From positions 412,667 through 476,666 of the forward strand of contig JAIVFI010000040.1 in assembly GCA_025558095.1 (NCBI GenBank): a stretch of 64,000 nt of DNA. The letters are read 5' to 3'. The position numbers and the translations under genes are program-made. The notes under the pieces are model-generated. The model saw nothing but the letters and a program-made list of their open reading frames with translations. It did no database searches and was not told the origin of the DNA. Source of the DNA: Hyaloraphidium curvatum SAG 235-1. Taxonomy: Eukaryota; Fungi; Monoblepharomycota. This document shows positions 20,406-31,433 of this stretch, piece after piece. The number at the start of each line of letters is the position of its first letter. The stretch's first letter is position 1.

Positions 20406-21999
20406 ATGCCGCCCGACGATCCCCCCGCCGGCGGCGGCACGCCCCTCTTCACCGCGCGGGAATGGGCCGCGCTGTTTCCGACGGCCGCGGAGCCGGCGCG
20501 ACTGTGGTGGCGCGATGCGGCGCCGGCCGCGGGGCAGGCCGCCCTCGAACACGCCGCCGCTTTCCGCGCGGCCGAGCAGCCGGACCATCGCGCCGTGCTG
20601 GGACACATCCGGAAGGAGGGGCGCTTCCTCCAATACGCCCTGTACCGTGCCAAATTCCTCTCGCCGGCCGCGTACATCTGCTTCCTGCGATTCATGTGGG
20701 CTCCAAACACCGCCGCCGCCGTGTTCATTGCCGCCGTGCTCGCGTTCGGCGCCGCTCTCGCCGCCGCACTCGGCGGCACCGCGTTCTCGGGGCCGTCCGC
20801 CGCCATCGGCGCCGTCGCCGCGTGGCTGCCGTTCGCCTCCCTCGCCGCCCTCTACATCCTGTACACGCGGCGCATGAGGTCGCATGCCCTGCCCAAGGAA
20901 ATCGCCTTGCAAAGCGGGATCTTCGGCGCCCTGGCGAGCGTCCGCCACGACCAGCTCGTCGCCGCCGAGCCGTCGTCGCGGCTCCTCGCCCACATCCCCC
21001 CCCGCGGCGCGGCACCCTGCCCGTGCCCGAAGCCCGGTTGTGCCGGCAGGCTCATGGCTTCGGAATCGCTGACGAGGTTGGGCGATGTTGCGGCGTGGAT
21101 GCTGTTCCAGCTCGCCCTGCTGGTGCTCGCCTGCTGGACCCCCTTGGTGACCTATGCCGCGACCTTCTGGGCGACGCCGTGGATGGCCGCCCTTGGCGTT
21201 CTCGCAGGTGGGCGCACCATTCCTTCGTTGCACCCCTGCTCAAACCCCCGCGAAAGCCGCGCTGTTCTTTGCTGCCGTCGCCGCCATCGGAGTCGTCCGG
21301 GCGACGGCGATCCCCGTCCCCGCGGGGCTCGCCCTGGAGACCGCGCTGCGCGAACGCGCCGTCGCCGCCGCGCTTTCGGAGCTGCTGGACCGACTGCACG
21401 CCGGGGCCGAGTCCCCCGCGCCCGGCCCCCCACGGACCGTTCAGGCGGGCCCGGAGCACTACATGATCCTCCACTCGCTCCTCATGAGCTCCTGGGACAC
21501 CCGCTTCGCCAGGCTGTATCCCATGGTCAGGTAATTCCTCCTCGTCTTCCCCGCCTCTCTCGCCGCCGCGTTCGTCATGAACGCCGCCGCCGGTTCCTGC
21601 GTCGCGGCATGGCAGCTCGTCTACCTCGGCTTCGTGCTGTGCTGGTCGTTTGCCGAGCTGGGAATCTACGCCAGCGCAAACGCGCAGATCGCCGCCGTGC
21701 AGCGGCTTTACGCCGACGCGCGAGGGGAGATCCGGGCGCTCGCGGCGCGCATCGCCGCGGACCCCGATCCGGCGCTCTGCGCGCTGCGGAGGCAGCTCGC
21801 CGCGCACGACGCGGTGCTGGAATGGTCCACGGGCGAGGCGGAAAAGGCCGGGGCCAAGATGTTCGGGTTCCCGATCACCGGCGGCGTCATCCGGGGCTTG
21901 CTCATCACCCTCTTCACCCTGGGCGTCGGCCTGTGGACGGTGCTACGCGGCCTGGGCATCTTCCTCACGGTCGAGACGATGTGCCCCCTCCGGGCGTAG
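20406..21999 (+). CDS. Multi-pass membrane protein resembling gustatory-receptor-like/DUF3537 7TM ion channels; intron about 21208-21256; in-frame TAA at 21532 (possible pseudogene)
   Basis: About 7 hydrophobic helices; C-terminal ANAQI..V..LY...LRRQLAAHDAVL...AKMFGFPITGGVIRGLLITLFTLGVGLWTVLRG. Confidence 0.65.
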
Positions 22000-22066
22000 C
22001 TCCGATCCGGAATCCGCCTCGCTGCCCGGGCCCGGCGTCTATTCCTCCCGCCCACGCCGCGGCACA

Positions 22067-23345
22067 TCACCCCGCGTGCTCGCCCCTGAACTGCACGTCG
22101 CTCGCCTCCGAATCCTGCAGGTATATCTCGCCCGCCTCGATGATCACCGAGAGGCCGGCGGCCCAGAGGCAGTCGATCGAGATGAGGCCGCCCGAGTAGG
22201 TCGCGTGGGTCTCGAAGGGCCGGGGGAGGAGGAAGACGTCGTCGAGGCGGGCGCTGCGGGTGAAGAGGTGCAGTTGGACCGGGGACAGTCTGTCGTGGGG
22301 CGGGGGGCAATCGTCAGCCCGGATGCGCACCGAAACCGCGTGCCTCGGGGACCGCCCACCTGTCGACCTCGACTCCCCACTGCGTCCCCGCCCTCCCCAC
22401 CACCCGCAGCCCCAGCTCGTCCGCCACATCCTTGCGCAGGAAGATCCCCAGCGTCTGCCTCCCCGCGTCGATCCACGGCTCTATCCTCACCGACGGCCTC
22501 GAGTGGAGCCCCCTCGGCACGGACTTGGGCGAGAACGGCGCGTCGTCGTCCGATTCCGCGCCGTCGGCCTTGGCCGCGGCTTCCCGCGCCGAGTCCCACA
22601 CCGCGGAGACGTACATCGGGTGGCGGAACGGCGCGCGCGGGCGGACCCGCGGCGGGCTGGAGGAGTACTCCCCCGGGCGCAGCAGGTCCCCGGGCAGCTG
22701 CAGCACCAGGGGGTGCTCGTCGTGCTCCTCGTCGTCGAACGAGGCCTCCGAGGGCCGCAGGGGGCGCGGGGGCGCGGTGTACGGGTTCAGGAGGTGGTGC
22801 GGGGAGTTCTGCCTCGGCGGGGTGCCGTGCGCCGAGGGGAAGGCGGAGGTGGGTTGGTTGACGGCGGTGAGGCGGGGGGAGAGGGAGGCGTCGGAGGCGG
22901 CGAGGGAGGGCGGGCGGGGCGGGGGGTGGTCCGAGGCCGGGGGAGGGAGCTCTGCGGCATACACGGGGGCGAAGCAGCCCATCCCAAGGCAAAGGGTTGT
23001 TAGGTTCCAATGACGAAGATTCGAGCCCGAATAAATGGTACCCAGAAGGGGTTAAGCAGGGAGCGGGATGTCAGGGACCCCGCGGAGCAGATACCTGTGG
23101 CGACACCCACCCAGGCCGCCCTCCGCCGGCAGCTCGCCGCCCGCGGGCACGACGTCCGGCGAGAACGTCGGCGACGCGATGTCCGCCGCGCCGCCCCTCT
23201 CGGCCAGCGACCGCACGGTGTGCCGCCGCGGCTCGTCGTCCGCGGCGTGCGGGCGGTGCGCGCGCCGCGCCATCGCCGCGGCACCCGCGCTGATGGGCAG
23301 CGACGACGAGGCGGACGGAGCCGCCGCGTCGCCCGGGGCCCCCAT
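22067..23345 (-). CDS. Pro-rich protein with a C-terminal retropepsin-like (clan AA) domain, degenerate DAG; 5' exon tentative
   Basis: WIDAGRQTLGIFLRKDVADELGL...SPVQL...GLISIDCLWAAGLSV; intron near 22289-22360. Confidence 0.5.
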
Positions 23346-23506
23346 CCCGGCGCCCGGCTCGGGAGGTGGCGAGCGTGGGGGCAAACAAGACAACAGACCG
23401 ACAGACCCGCAATCAGCTGATCGCGCCGACCCGGAACACGTGACGGAATCTTACAAGAAGTGCCCATGTGCGCGTATATCTAGCATCCTGCGAGCCACAT
23501 CCAGCA

Positions 23507-25614
23507 TCAGGGAAGGTACTTGGACCCGCCCATCCCCCGCCCGCGCCCCGAATCCTCCACGATCAGCCCCGGGATCCGCGTCTCGTAGACGATGCCGATC
23601 CACTCCAGGACCAGCGCGCGCGTGTCCAGCGGCGACACGATCTCCTCGACCTTCAACGGGCGGGTGAGCATCCGCCGGCACCGCGCCCGCCGAAGGACCC
23701 ACATCGAACGCCTCGGCCGACCGCACCGGGCTCGACACCGCCTGCAGCTCCCTGAACAGCCTGACCCTCTCCCTCTCCCTCTCCCCCGGATCCTTGATCG
23801 CCTCGAGCTGTCCCTTGAACGCCGCCTCCACGCCCCCCGCGAGCGGCAGGCTGCCCCATTCCCCGGACGGCCACGCGAGCCGCACGTTCGCCTGCGACTC
23901 GTCGCCCTCGCCTCGCGCGACGAGGATGCCGGCGGCGACGCCGAAGGCTTTGCGGACGACGATGGTGAGCCAGGGAACGCGCGAGTCGTAGCTGGAATGC
24001 GTGGGGGATGGGTGAGGGAAAGGGGTGGTGCAAGGAGGGCGGACCCACGCGACGCAGGTGAGGCGACCGCCGGCGCGGATTGTTGCTGCTTTCTCGGCGA
24101 GCGTGCCGACAGAAAACCCGGGGCTGTCGGTCGCAGCGATCAAGGACTCTCGTCAGCGCAACAGCCAGCCAGACCCGTCCCGGGATGCGACGACCCACCA
24201 GTCGACAAAGTTCACGATCGGCAGGTGGAACGTGCTCGCGATCCCGATGATCCTCCCCAGCTTATCGCACGCCCTCGCCCCAATCGCCCCCGCGTTGCAC
24301 CTCGGGTCCCCGGCCAGCACCGCGCACGGCCTGCCCCCGAACCTCGCCAGAAACGTGCGCACCTCCTTGGCCCACCCGCCGCCGATCTCGAACAGCGAGC
24401 CGGCGTCAGCGAGCAGCACGAGGTACGAGAGGGGGTCGTACGGCTTGGCGTTGTTCTCCGGGATCACCCGCAGGATCGCGAACGGGTCCGCCGGGTCCGA
24501 TTCGGGCGGCACCGGCTCCGTGACCGGCGGCAAGGTCCACCTGTTGGCGGGGAGGTACGACAGGAACCTCCTGATGTCCCTGAGCGCCTCCTTCTCGTCC
24601 TCGACGATGTTGTCCGCCGTCCCGTTGGTCCCGTGGATCGCCGCGCCGCCGAGCTGCGCCTTGGTGACCGTCTCGTGGGTGGCGGGGACGACGACGGGGG
24701 GGCCGGCGGCGAAGAGGGAGCCGATGTCGCGCGGCATCACCGTGAAATGGGCGAGGGTGGCCTTGGCGGCGCCGAGGCCGACGGCGGGGCCGAGGCACGC
24801 GGCGGCGACGGGGATCTCGTCGAGCATGCGGACCGAGTGGTTGAAGCCCCGAAGGGTGGGGATGTAGCTAGGCGGCGGGGTGAATGGCGAGTGTGGATCA
24901 GAAGGGGAAAGGAAGCGGCACGGATGGTGCAGGTCCCACCTGTGGCCCGTCTTGAGGATCGTCGCCACGCTGTGGGGAGAAAACGACACTCGATGAACAC
25001 CTTGAAGAGCGCTCGCGAGCCGGTTGTCCCCACCTCCCGCCGCCCGAGCTCCCGTCCACCAGCCTGATCAGCGGCACCCTCAGCTCCCTCGCCAGCATCT
25101 CGGTGTAGAGCGCCTTGCGCTGGATCGCCCCGTCCGCGTGGCCTCCCCTCACCGAAAAGTCGTCGCCGCCCACGACCACGGGCCGCCCGCCGATCTCGCC
25201 CCGTCCGCAGATGTGGTTCGCGCGCTGGAACCGGACCAGCTTCTCCGGGTCCTGCGGGTCGTACCCCGTCGCGCCGGCGATCGTGCCGTGCTCCCTGAAG
25301 CTCCCCGGATCCAGCAGCAGCGCGAACCGCTCCCTGACCGTCAGCTTCCCCTGCGCCCTCTGCCTGGCGATCCCGGGATCGGTCTCGGGCAGCGCGCGGG
25401 ACAGCTCTGCGCGGCCCGCGAGCAGCGCCAGGCGGGCGGCCCACGGGAGCGCCGGCGGGGGCAGCGGGGCGACGGGCGCGTAGGCGGAGGCGACGGCCGG
25501 CTGCGCGGCGGCGAGCGGGGCGGGCGCGGCGGGCGGCGGGGGCGCGGGCTGGAAGTGCAGGGCGACGCGGCGGAGTCGCTCCGCGGGGGACGCGGCCGGC
25601 GCGTCGGAGGGCAT
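23507..25614 (-). CDS. Acyl-CoA carboxylase carboxyltransferase (beta) subunit, multi-intron, with PTS2-like N-terminus
   Basis: GKLTVRER..LLDPGSFRE.G, GDDFSVRGG, DGSSGGGSV, LFAAGPPVV, LGGA.IH..NG..DN, FHLPIVNFVD, AWPSGEWGSLP, VEEIVSP.DTR. Confidence 0.9.
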
Positions 25615-25814
25615 CGCCGGTCAGACGCGGCTCAAGAACGAGTTTTGGCAAGGAGGAAATCGGATTTAGGCGGCGGTCCCTGGGTTGGGCGTGCGTGGTG
25701 CGGGGATGTTCGGCGCGTCCTCTGCCGACAGACGCGTCTGTCTCCCACCCCATTTCCGGCACTCCCAGACAGCACGAATTGCCCCTGCCTGCTCCCAAAA
25801 CATCCCATATAGCG

Positions 25815-26842
25815 ATGAGCACCATCTCCACGACCTGGCCGCGGGAGGGCGTCGCCCTCATCACGATGACGGACCCCAAGACGCCGCAGCACAACGTCTG
25901 TCGTCTGGCGTCGGCCCGCGTGTTCCTACTGATTCCTGGTTCCTTCGTCAGGTGACGTGGGCGACCGTCGACGCCCTCGCCAAGGCCCTCGAGGCCGCAC
26001 GCACGGAGGGCGCCCGCGTGGTGGTGCTGACGAGCGGGCAGCCCGGGTTCTGGCTCAACCACGCCTACCTGAAGGACCTGCGCGACCTCATGTCCGGGGA
26101 CCCCAAGTTCATCAACGACCCGGACCGGAAGCGTGGGTTCCGGGGAGCATGCTGCCCCTCGGAGCGGTCTGACGTCCAGAAACGCAGTGACGACGACCGG
26201 GTGGATGCAGTGCCAGGTCGAGCTCGAGCAGCAGCCCGTCATCTCCATCGCCGCCATCAACGGCGACTGCTCCGGTGGCGGCCTCGAGCTCGGATGGTCG
26301 GTTCCCCCTCTGGCCCGTGCCCCCTTCCGCCGTGGCTCACCGTTCCCCCGTCCGTGCACGGCAGGTCCTGCGACCTCCGCATCGCCGAGACCGGCTGCCT
26401 CCTCTCCCAGCCCGAGGTCGTCATGGGCTTCCCCCCCGGCATCGGCGGCACCTCCCGCCTCCGCCGGCTCATCGGCCGCGCCGCCACCTACGAGATGGTC
26501 CTCCTCGGGAAGCCCATGTCCCCCGAACGGCTGCAGCAGCTCGGCGCCATCAACCTCGTCGTGCCCAAGGGCGACGCCGTCAAAACGGCGCTCGAGTGGG
26601 CCGACAGGCTCGCGGGGATGCAGCCCGCCGCCCTGGCGGCGGCCAAGAAGCAGCTGACGTTCGGGGAGGACGTGCCGCTGGCGGAAGCGTTGGTCAACGA
26701 CCAGAAGCTGGCCTCGGGGCTGTTCGGGGCGCCGGCGTCGATGGAGCTGATGAAGCAGATCCAGGAGAGGTACGATGCGGGGGAGCACATGCGCGAGATT
26801 TTCTCGACGGGGAAGCTGCCCAAGCTGGAGCAGAAGATGTAG
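25815..26842 (+). CDS. Enoyl-CoA hydratase/isomerase (crotonase family), about 3 introns
   Basis: IAAINGDCSGGGLELGW|SCDLRIA, SQPEVVMGFPPGIGGTSRLRRLIG. Confidence 0.9.
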
Positions 26843-26958
26843 ATCGTGCGTGCGCGTGGAGAAAAGCAGAGTGTGTGCGGGGGATGATCCACCTTATGCA
26901 ATTTGGTCGCGCAGACTTGCAAGACCGCGCAGACCGCATGCAGTGCGGAATGACCGCA

Positions 26959-28410
26959 ATGGAAAAGACGGTCGATGTCGAGAAGCAGCTTTCCTCCCTC
27001 GCCCTGGGCGACTCCGCGGGGCTCGGGGCCCCGTCGCCGCCGCCGCACGCCCCGCCGCCCCCTGAAGCTCTCCCGACCCTTCCCGGCGAGCTGCTCCTCA
27101 AGGTGATGCACAAGCTCGCCGCCGAAAACGCCAAGGCATCGCTGGCGCGGCTCATGCGTGCTTCCAAGGCCTGCTACGACCTCGGGCTTCCGGTGCTCCA
27201 CCGCCACGTGGCCATGTTCGAGCGCCGCGGCAGGCCCACCGTCGACATGTGGGTGCGGTACCTGGAGCGCAAGAGCGCGCCGTACTACGGCATGATGCGG
27301 GCGCTGTCCGTTACGGTGCCGGGGCTGCACGGCACGGCGGAGCAGGGGCTGCAGACGCTGTACGCGTGGAGGCGCGTGGTGGCCCGCGCGTTCAAGAAGC
27401 TGACGGGGCTGGAGAGCGCCAAGCTGGACCTGGGTGCCGCCATGCTGCCGCCCGAGCGGTGGGCCCGCGTGGCGGGGCTGCCGTACGACGACACGCTGGT
27501 GTTTTCGACGTGGGGGATGCCGGCGACCCTCCGATCGCTCGACATCGAGGTCGGCGAGGGTTACCCGGCGGGATGCTACGGCATCCTGAAAGCTCTGGAG
27601 CGCCATGCGGCAGGACCTGTGTTCCGGTCGCTCTCGTTTCATTGCAGCGGCAGGCTTCTTCCCGAGCTCTCGAAGTTCCCTGATTCGGCGCGCAAGTTGC
27701 GGGTGCTCTACGCAACCGCCTACGATCTCGACGAGGCGTCCATCTTCATACGCGGACTCGCGGACGCCGTCGGATCTCAGGCAGCGCTCGAGGAGCTCCA
27801 CCTCGGCGGCCCCGACGGCGCGGCGTTCCAGCCCCTGATCGCCTTCCTCGACCGGTGCTGCCCGCGCCTCCGCCATCTCTGCCTCACCTTCGGCCGCAAC
27901 ATGCCCGATTTCTCCGCCTACCCCCGCGCCGCCGCCGCGCTCGACCAGCTGGACCTGCGATCTGCCGACGCCGGCGAGTGGGCCGCCGCGCTGACGCAGC
28001 CGGGCGTGCGCCCCGCCGAGATCAGCTGCCCGGCAGAGGTGTTCTGGATCAACACCGCCGAGCGGCTGCTCTCCAACGCCCGATGGGTCCGCACGCTCAA
28101 GATCACCTTCCCCTGCGGCCGGCCCGTCGACCCGGACGAGGTGATGGCGATCGTGCCCCTGTCGCTGCCGCCCTGCCTGGTGTCGCTGAGTATCGACGTG
28201 CACACGGAGCTCGTTCCCGGCGATCCGAGGTGGTTCGTCGACGGGATGGCGGAGGGGCTGCCGAGCTTCGGCCTGCCGTTTGCGCTCGAGGTGGTTGAGT
28301 GGGCGATGGCCCCGGGACCCACGGGAGGGCACCGCCGCGTGGCGACGGAGGAGCGGGTCTGGAGGTGGAGGAAAGTAGGGGGTTTGTGGGATTTCGTGGA
28401 CGAGTCTTGA
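26959..28410 (+). CDS. F-box-like/LRR (RNI-like) protein
   Basis: LPTLPGELLLKVM..LARLMRASK..YDLGLPVL, followed by LxxLxL repeats (LRSLDI, LEELHL, LRHLCL, LVSLSI). Confidence 0.75.
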   Translation: MEKTVDVEKQLSSLALGDSAGLGAPSPPPHAPPPPEALPTLPGELLLKVMHKLAAENAKASLARLMRASKACYDLGLPVLHRHVAMFERRGRPTVDMWVRYLERKSAPYYGMMRALSVTVPGLHGTAEQGLQTLYAWRRVVARAFKKLTGLESAKLDLGAAMLPPERWARVAGLPYDDTLVFSTWGMPATLRSLDIEVGEGYPAGCYGILKALERHAAGPVFRSLSFHCSGRLLPELSKFPDSARKLRVLYATAYDLDEASIFIRGLADAVGSQAALEELHLGGPDGAAFQPLIAFLDRCCPRLRHLCLTFGRNMPDFSAYPRAAAALDQLDLRSADAGEWAAALTQPGVRPAEISCPAEVFWINTAERLLSNARWVRTLKITFPCGRPVDPDEVMAIVPLSLPPCLVSLSIDVHTELVPGDPRWFVDGMAEGLPSFGLPFALEVVEWAMAPGPTGGHRRVATEERVWRWRKVGGLWDFVDES

Positions 28411-29201
28411 GGCGCTGCCCAAATAGCCGAGTCCGATCTTTGTTGGGATCTCCGATTCTTCAACCAACACGCTCTCCATAAGTTCTTTCGGTCCCGAAAC
28501 CGAATGTCAGTCTCCTGCATTGTCCCGGGCTTGGGTGTTTCTGTTTTGCGGATCGTTGGGAGGCTTATTCGTGCAACGCTCTACTCTACATGCCGCTTGA
28601 ACTTTCGAGCAGTCCCTCCCCTCGGCGACTCATTGCGGCGAACGACCAGCAAGCAACCAGCGAGTGTTTGCGCTCGAACCTAATCGACGTACGCTGACGT
28701 GGCGCTGGGGCCGCTCCTCAGCGATGCTCCGAGCGCAGCGAGACGAGGGCCTCCCCCGCTCGGAGCCGTCCACCGGCACCCCGAAGACGCCGTTGCCGCC
28801 GCCGTCCAGGCGGTGCATCTGCCCGGGTGCCGGCACGGACGTGATCAACCCCTTTCTCGTCGTCCCGGACCTCGAGCTGCTGGTCACGGTGGAAGGCTGG
28901 CCAGCCGTCGTGGAGGGCAAGGAACTTTCCCGGGAGCAGCGGCCCGCACCCACCTGTGTCGATCCATCACCGCGATCGGGGTGTGCGGGGAAATGGATCG
29001 CACCCTCAGGGAGGTTCCCGCCCGAAGACGCTTGCTGCAAAAAGCGTGCCTTCAGCAACGCAGCTATCTCCCGATCCATGCTACGAGGTGTCTGGTGCTC
29101 GCCAATCAGAATGAACGCGCTGTAGTTGACCGAGGGGTAAAGCGGAAGTCATCAGGCGTCCTTGCGCTGGACCCATCCACCTTCCACCGTGCTTCACCCC
29201 A

Positions 29202-29858
29202 ATGCCCCGCGCGGCCGTCTTCCTCGCGCTCTGCGCCCTAGCGCTCCTCGTGCTCGTCGTCGCGCAGCCGGCGCTCGCGCTTCCCGGCCCCATCAGCGCG
29301 CGGCACAGCCTGGGTGGGTGGCTCCTGCCCGCACACCGCGTCCCTCCGCCCGCCGAACGCCGACAATACCGCCCGCAGATCTCGCCAAAGGGACCGGGTT
29401 CCTCGCAACCAGGAGCGCCGGAGATGATGATGACGACGACGAGGGCGGGGAAATAGGGGACGCGGTCTCCTGGGACGCTCTTCCGCCCCCGCCCCCGCCC
29501 CCGCCGCCGCCGCCACCCAAGATCGCCAACGGTCCGACGCCAGCCATCGCCCGCCCGTTTCCGGCCGTTGCTGACGCCCCCCTCCCTCCCAGGCCACGAA
29601 TGCACGACCAGCTCCGAGTGCGCCAGCGGATGCTGCTACGTCCACGGCGGCAGCCGCAAATGCCGGATCTTCGACACCGACAAGATCAACCCGGCCTTTT
29701 GCAGGGGCTGGACGGCTCCCGGGGCCCCGGAACGCGAGCCGTTCTACGGGACGTGCCGCAGCAACGAGCCCTGCCAGTACCAGTGCTGCGACAGGGACCA
29801 CAGGAGGTGCACCGAGGCTCTGAACAACAGGTGGTCGACCAACTGCATGCTGTCGTGA
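29202..29858 (+). CDS. Small secreted protein: acidic/poly-Pro prosegment plus two knottin-like Cys repeats, 2 introns
   Basis: Signal MPRAAVFLALCALALLVLVVAQPALA; CTTSSECASGCC...C and CRSNEPCQYQCC...C. Confidence 0.75.
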
Positions 29859-29952
29859 GTGTTTCAGGAAAGGAGTGGGAAGATGCTTCGTAAAACTACC
29901 ATCAAGCGACGCCAATACATTACGACACTACCTTACTTCCTTCCCGGCATCC

Positions 29953-31366
29953 TCACCACGCTTTCGGGCACACCGCAATCCCCTCCGCCATCACCCCTCC
30001 CAGTACCGTCTTTCCCGCCCCCGAATCCGCAGCCGCCGCCGTCACGTCCGCCAGCACCGCGCCGTCGTCGTGGTAGACCAGCTCCCACCCCTTCTCGGAC
30101 CCGGGAACGAGCCTGCCGACCCCCGAGGGGGCGGGGCTGGAGGCGGGCGAGGTGTGGTGGAAGTGCAGGTAGAGCTGCGAGCGCGACGGGAAGAGGGCAA
30201 AGAGGGTGGTGTTGGTGCGGGGGTCGTGGGAGAGGTTGTCGACGCCCGAGCCGATTGCCTGCCACCAGAGGGGTGACCCGGTGAGCGAGCGCCAGGAATG
30301 CGGACACGGCGAGGTACCCACCACGCGATCCCGCTCCGTGAGCGAGCCGTCCGCCGCGAGGTCAAACACCCCGATCGATCCCCCGCGGGAGCTGCACACC
30401 CACGCAGTGCGCCCGTCCGGGGAAACCAGCACGCCGTTGGCCGCGATCAGCCCCGTCGCTACGCGCCGGCATTCCGGCTCGGCGTCGGGAAGGTCCGAGA
30501 AGGTGCAGTGCGCGACCGAGGTCACGGGGAAAGGGCCGTACCGGTCCTCGAGGGTGCGGAGGGGAGGGAGGAGGAACATGTGGTCGTTGGTGACGAGGAA
30601 CGAGTTGGGGGAGGTGGGGGCGACGTCTTTGAGGGGCGGCGACGGTCAGGATCCATAACACGGGCCTAGCGGGAAGCCCACCATTCGGGCTGACGATGTC
30701 GGGATGGCACACGTCCCTCACCCACGCCGCCTCGGCGCTACCCAGGGTATGGTCAAACACGGTCACGCACGATCCGGAATGCTTGTGGTTCACGGCGAAC
30801 ATCCTTACCGACGCGTCCTTGGGCGCCTTGCCCGCCCCGAGCGGCTTGGACGCGTACCACAGGCCCAGCCCGTGGGTGCGCAGCTCTGGAACCGCGCCGT
30901 CGGGGTACTTGAGCGACAGCGGCGTCAGGGCTCCGCCGCGGGTCCACGCGCGGAGGTTGTAGGCGAAGAGCTTGTCCAATGCGGGGTCGGGGTTGCCGCG
31001 CCACGCCAACGGCGGAAACCACGCCCGTCGTGCTTCCAATGAGGATGCGCAGGCGAGGAAGGCGGTGCTCGACGGGTGGTGGATTTCGACGTCCTCGCAG
31101 CCCGACAGCCGCGTGTCGACCCAGCACCCCTGGCGGCCCAGCCCGACGGTGTCGTTGTGCCCCTCCATTTTAAGCACGTTGGGCTCCACGCGGCCGAGCA
31201 GCGGGGCGACATGGGCCGCGACTGGGTCCAGATACGGGAACACCGAGGGCGGGACGGCGACGGGCGTGTTTGTCGCGTGGAAAACGAGCAGCGCCGTTAG
31301 CGCCGTCACGGGCGCCGCGAGCAGGAAGAGCAGGAACGTCGTCGCCGCGGACGGCCGGTCGGACAT
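29953..31366 (-). CDS. Paraoxonase/arylesterase-like beta-propeller with N-terminal anchor, 2 introns
   Basis: GCEDVEI, THGLGL, FAVNH, SPN|DV, FLVTNDH, ANGV, VDNLS. Confidence 0.85.
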
Positions 31367-31433
31367 CGCGGGAAGCGTGGGGGAGACAGCAGACGGGGCG
31401 GTCCCTCGCCCTGACTCGCTATCCGCACACTAA

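Noticed and set aside
21532-21534. Stop-codon reassignment to explain the in-frame TAA
   Set aside because: TAA terminates other genes here (PDC, TF2), and there is only one such case
28630-29160. Possible gene or relic on the minus strand (MDREIAALLKARFL...)
   Set aside because: No recognisable motif or consistent splice model
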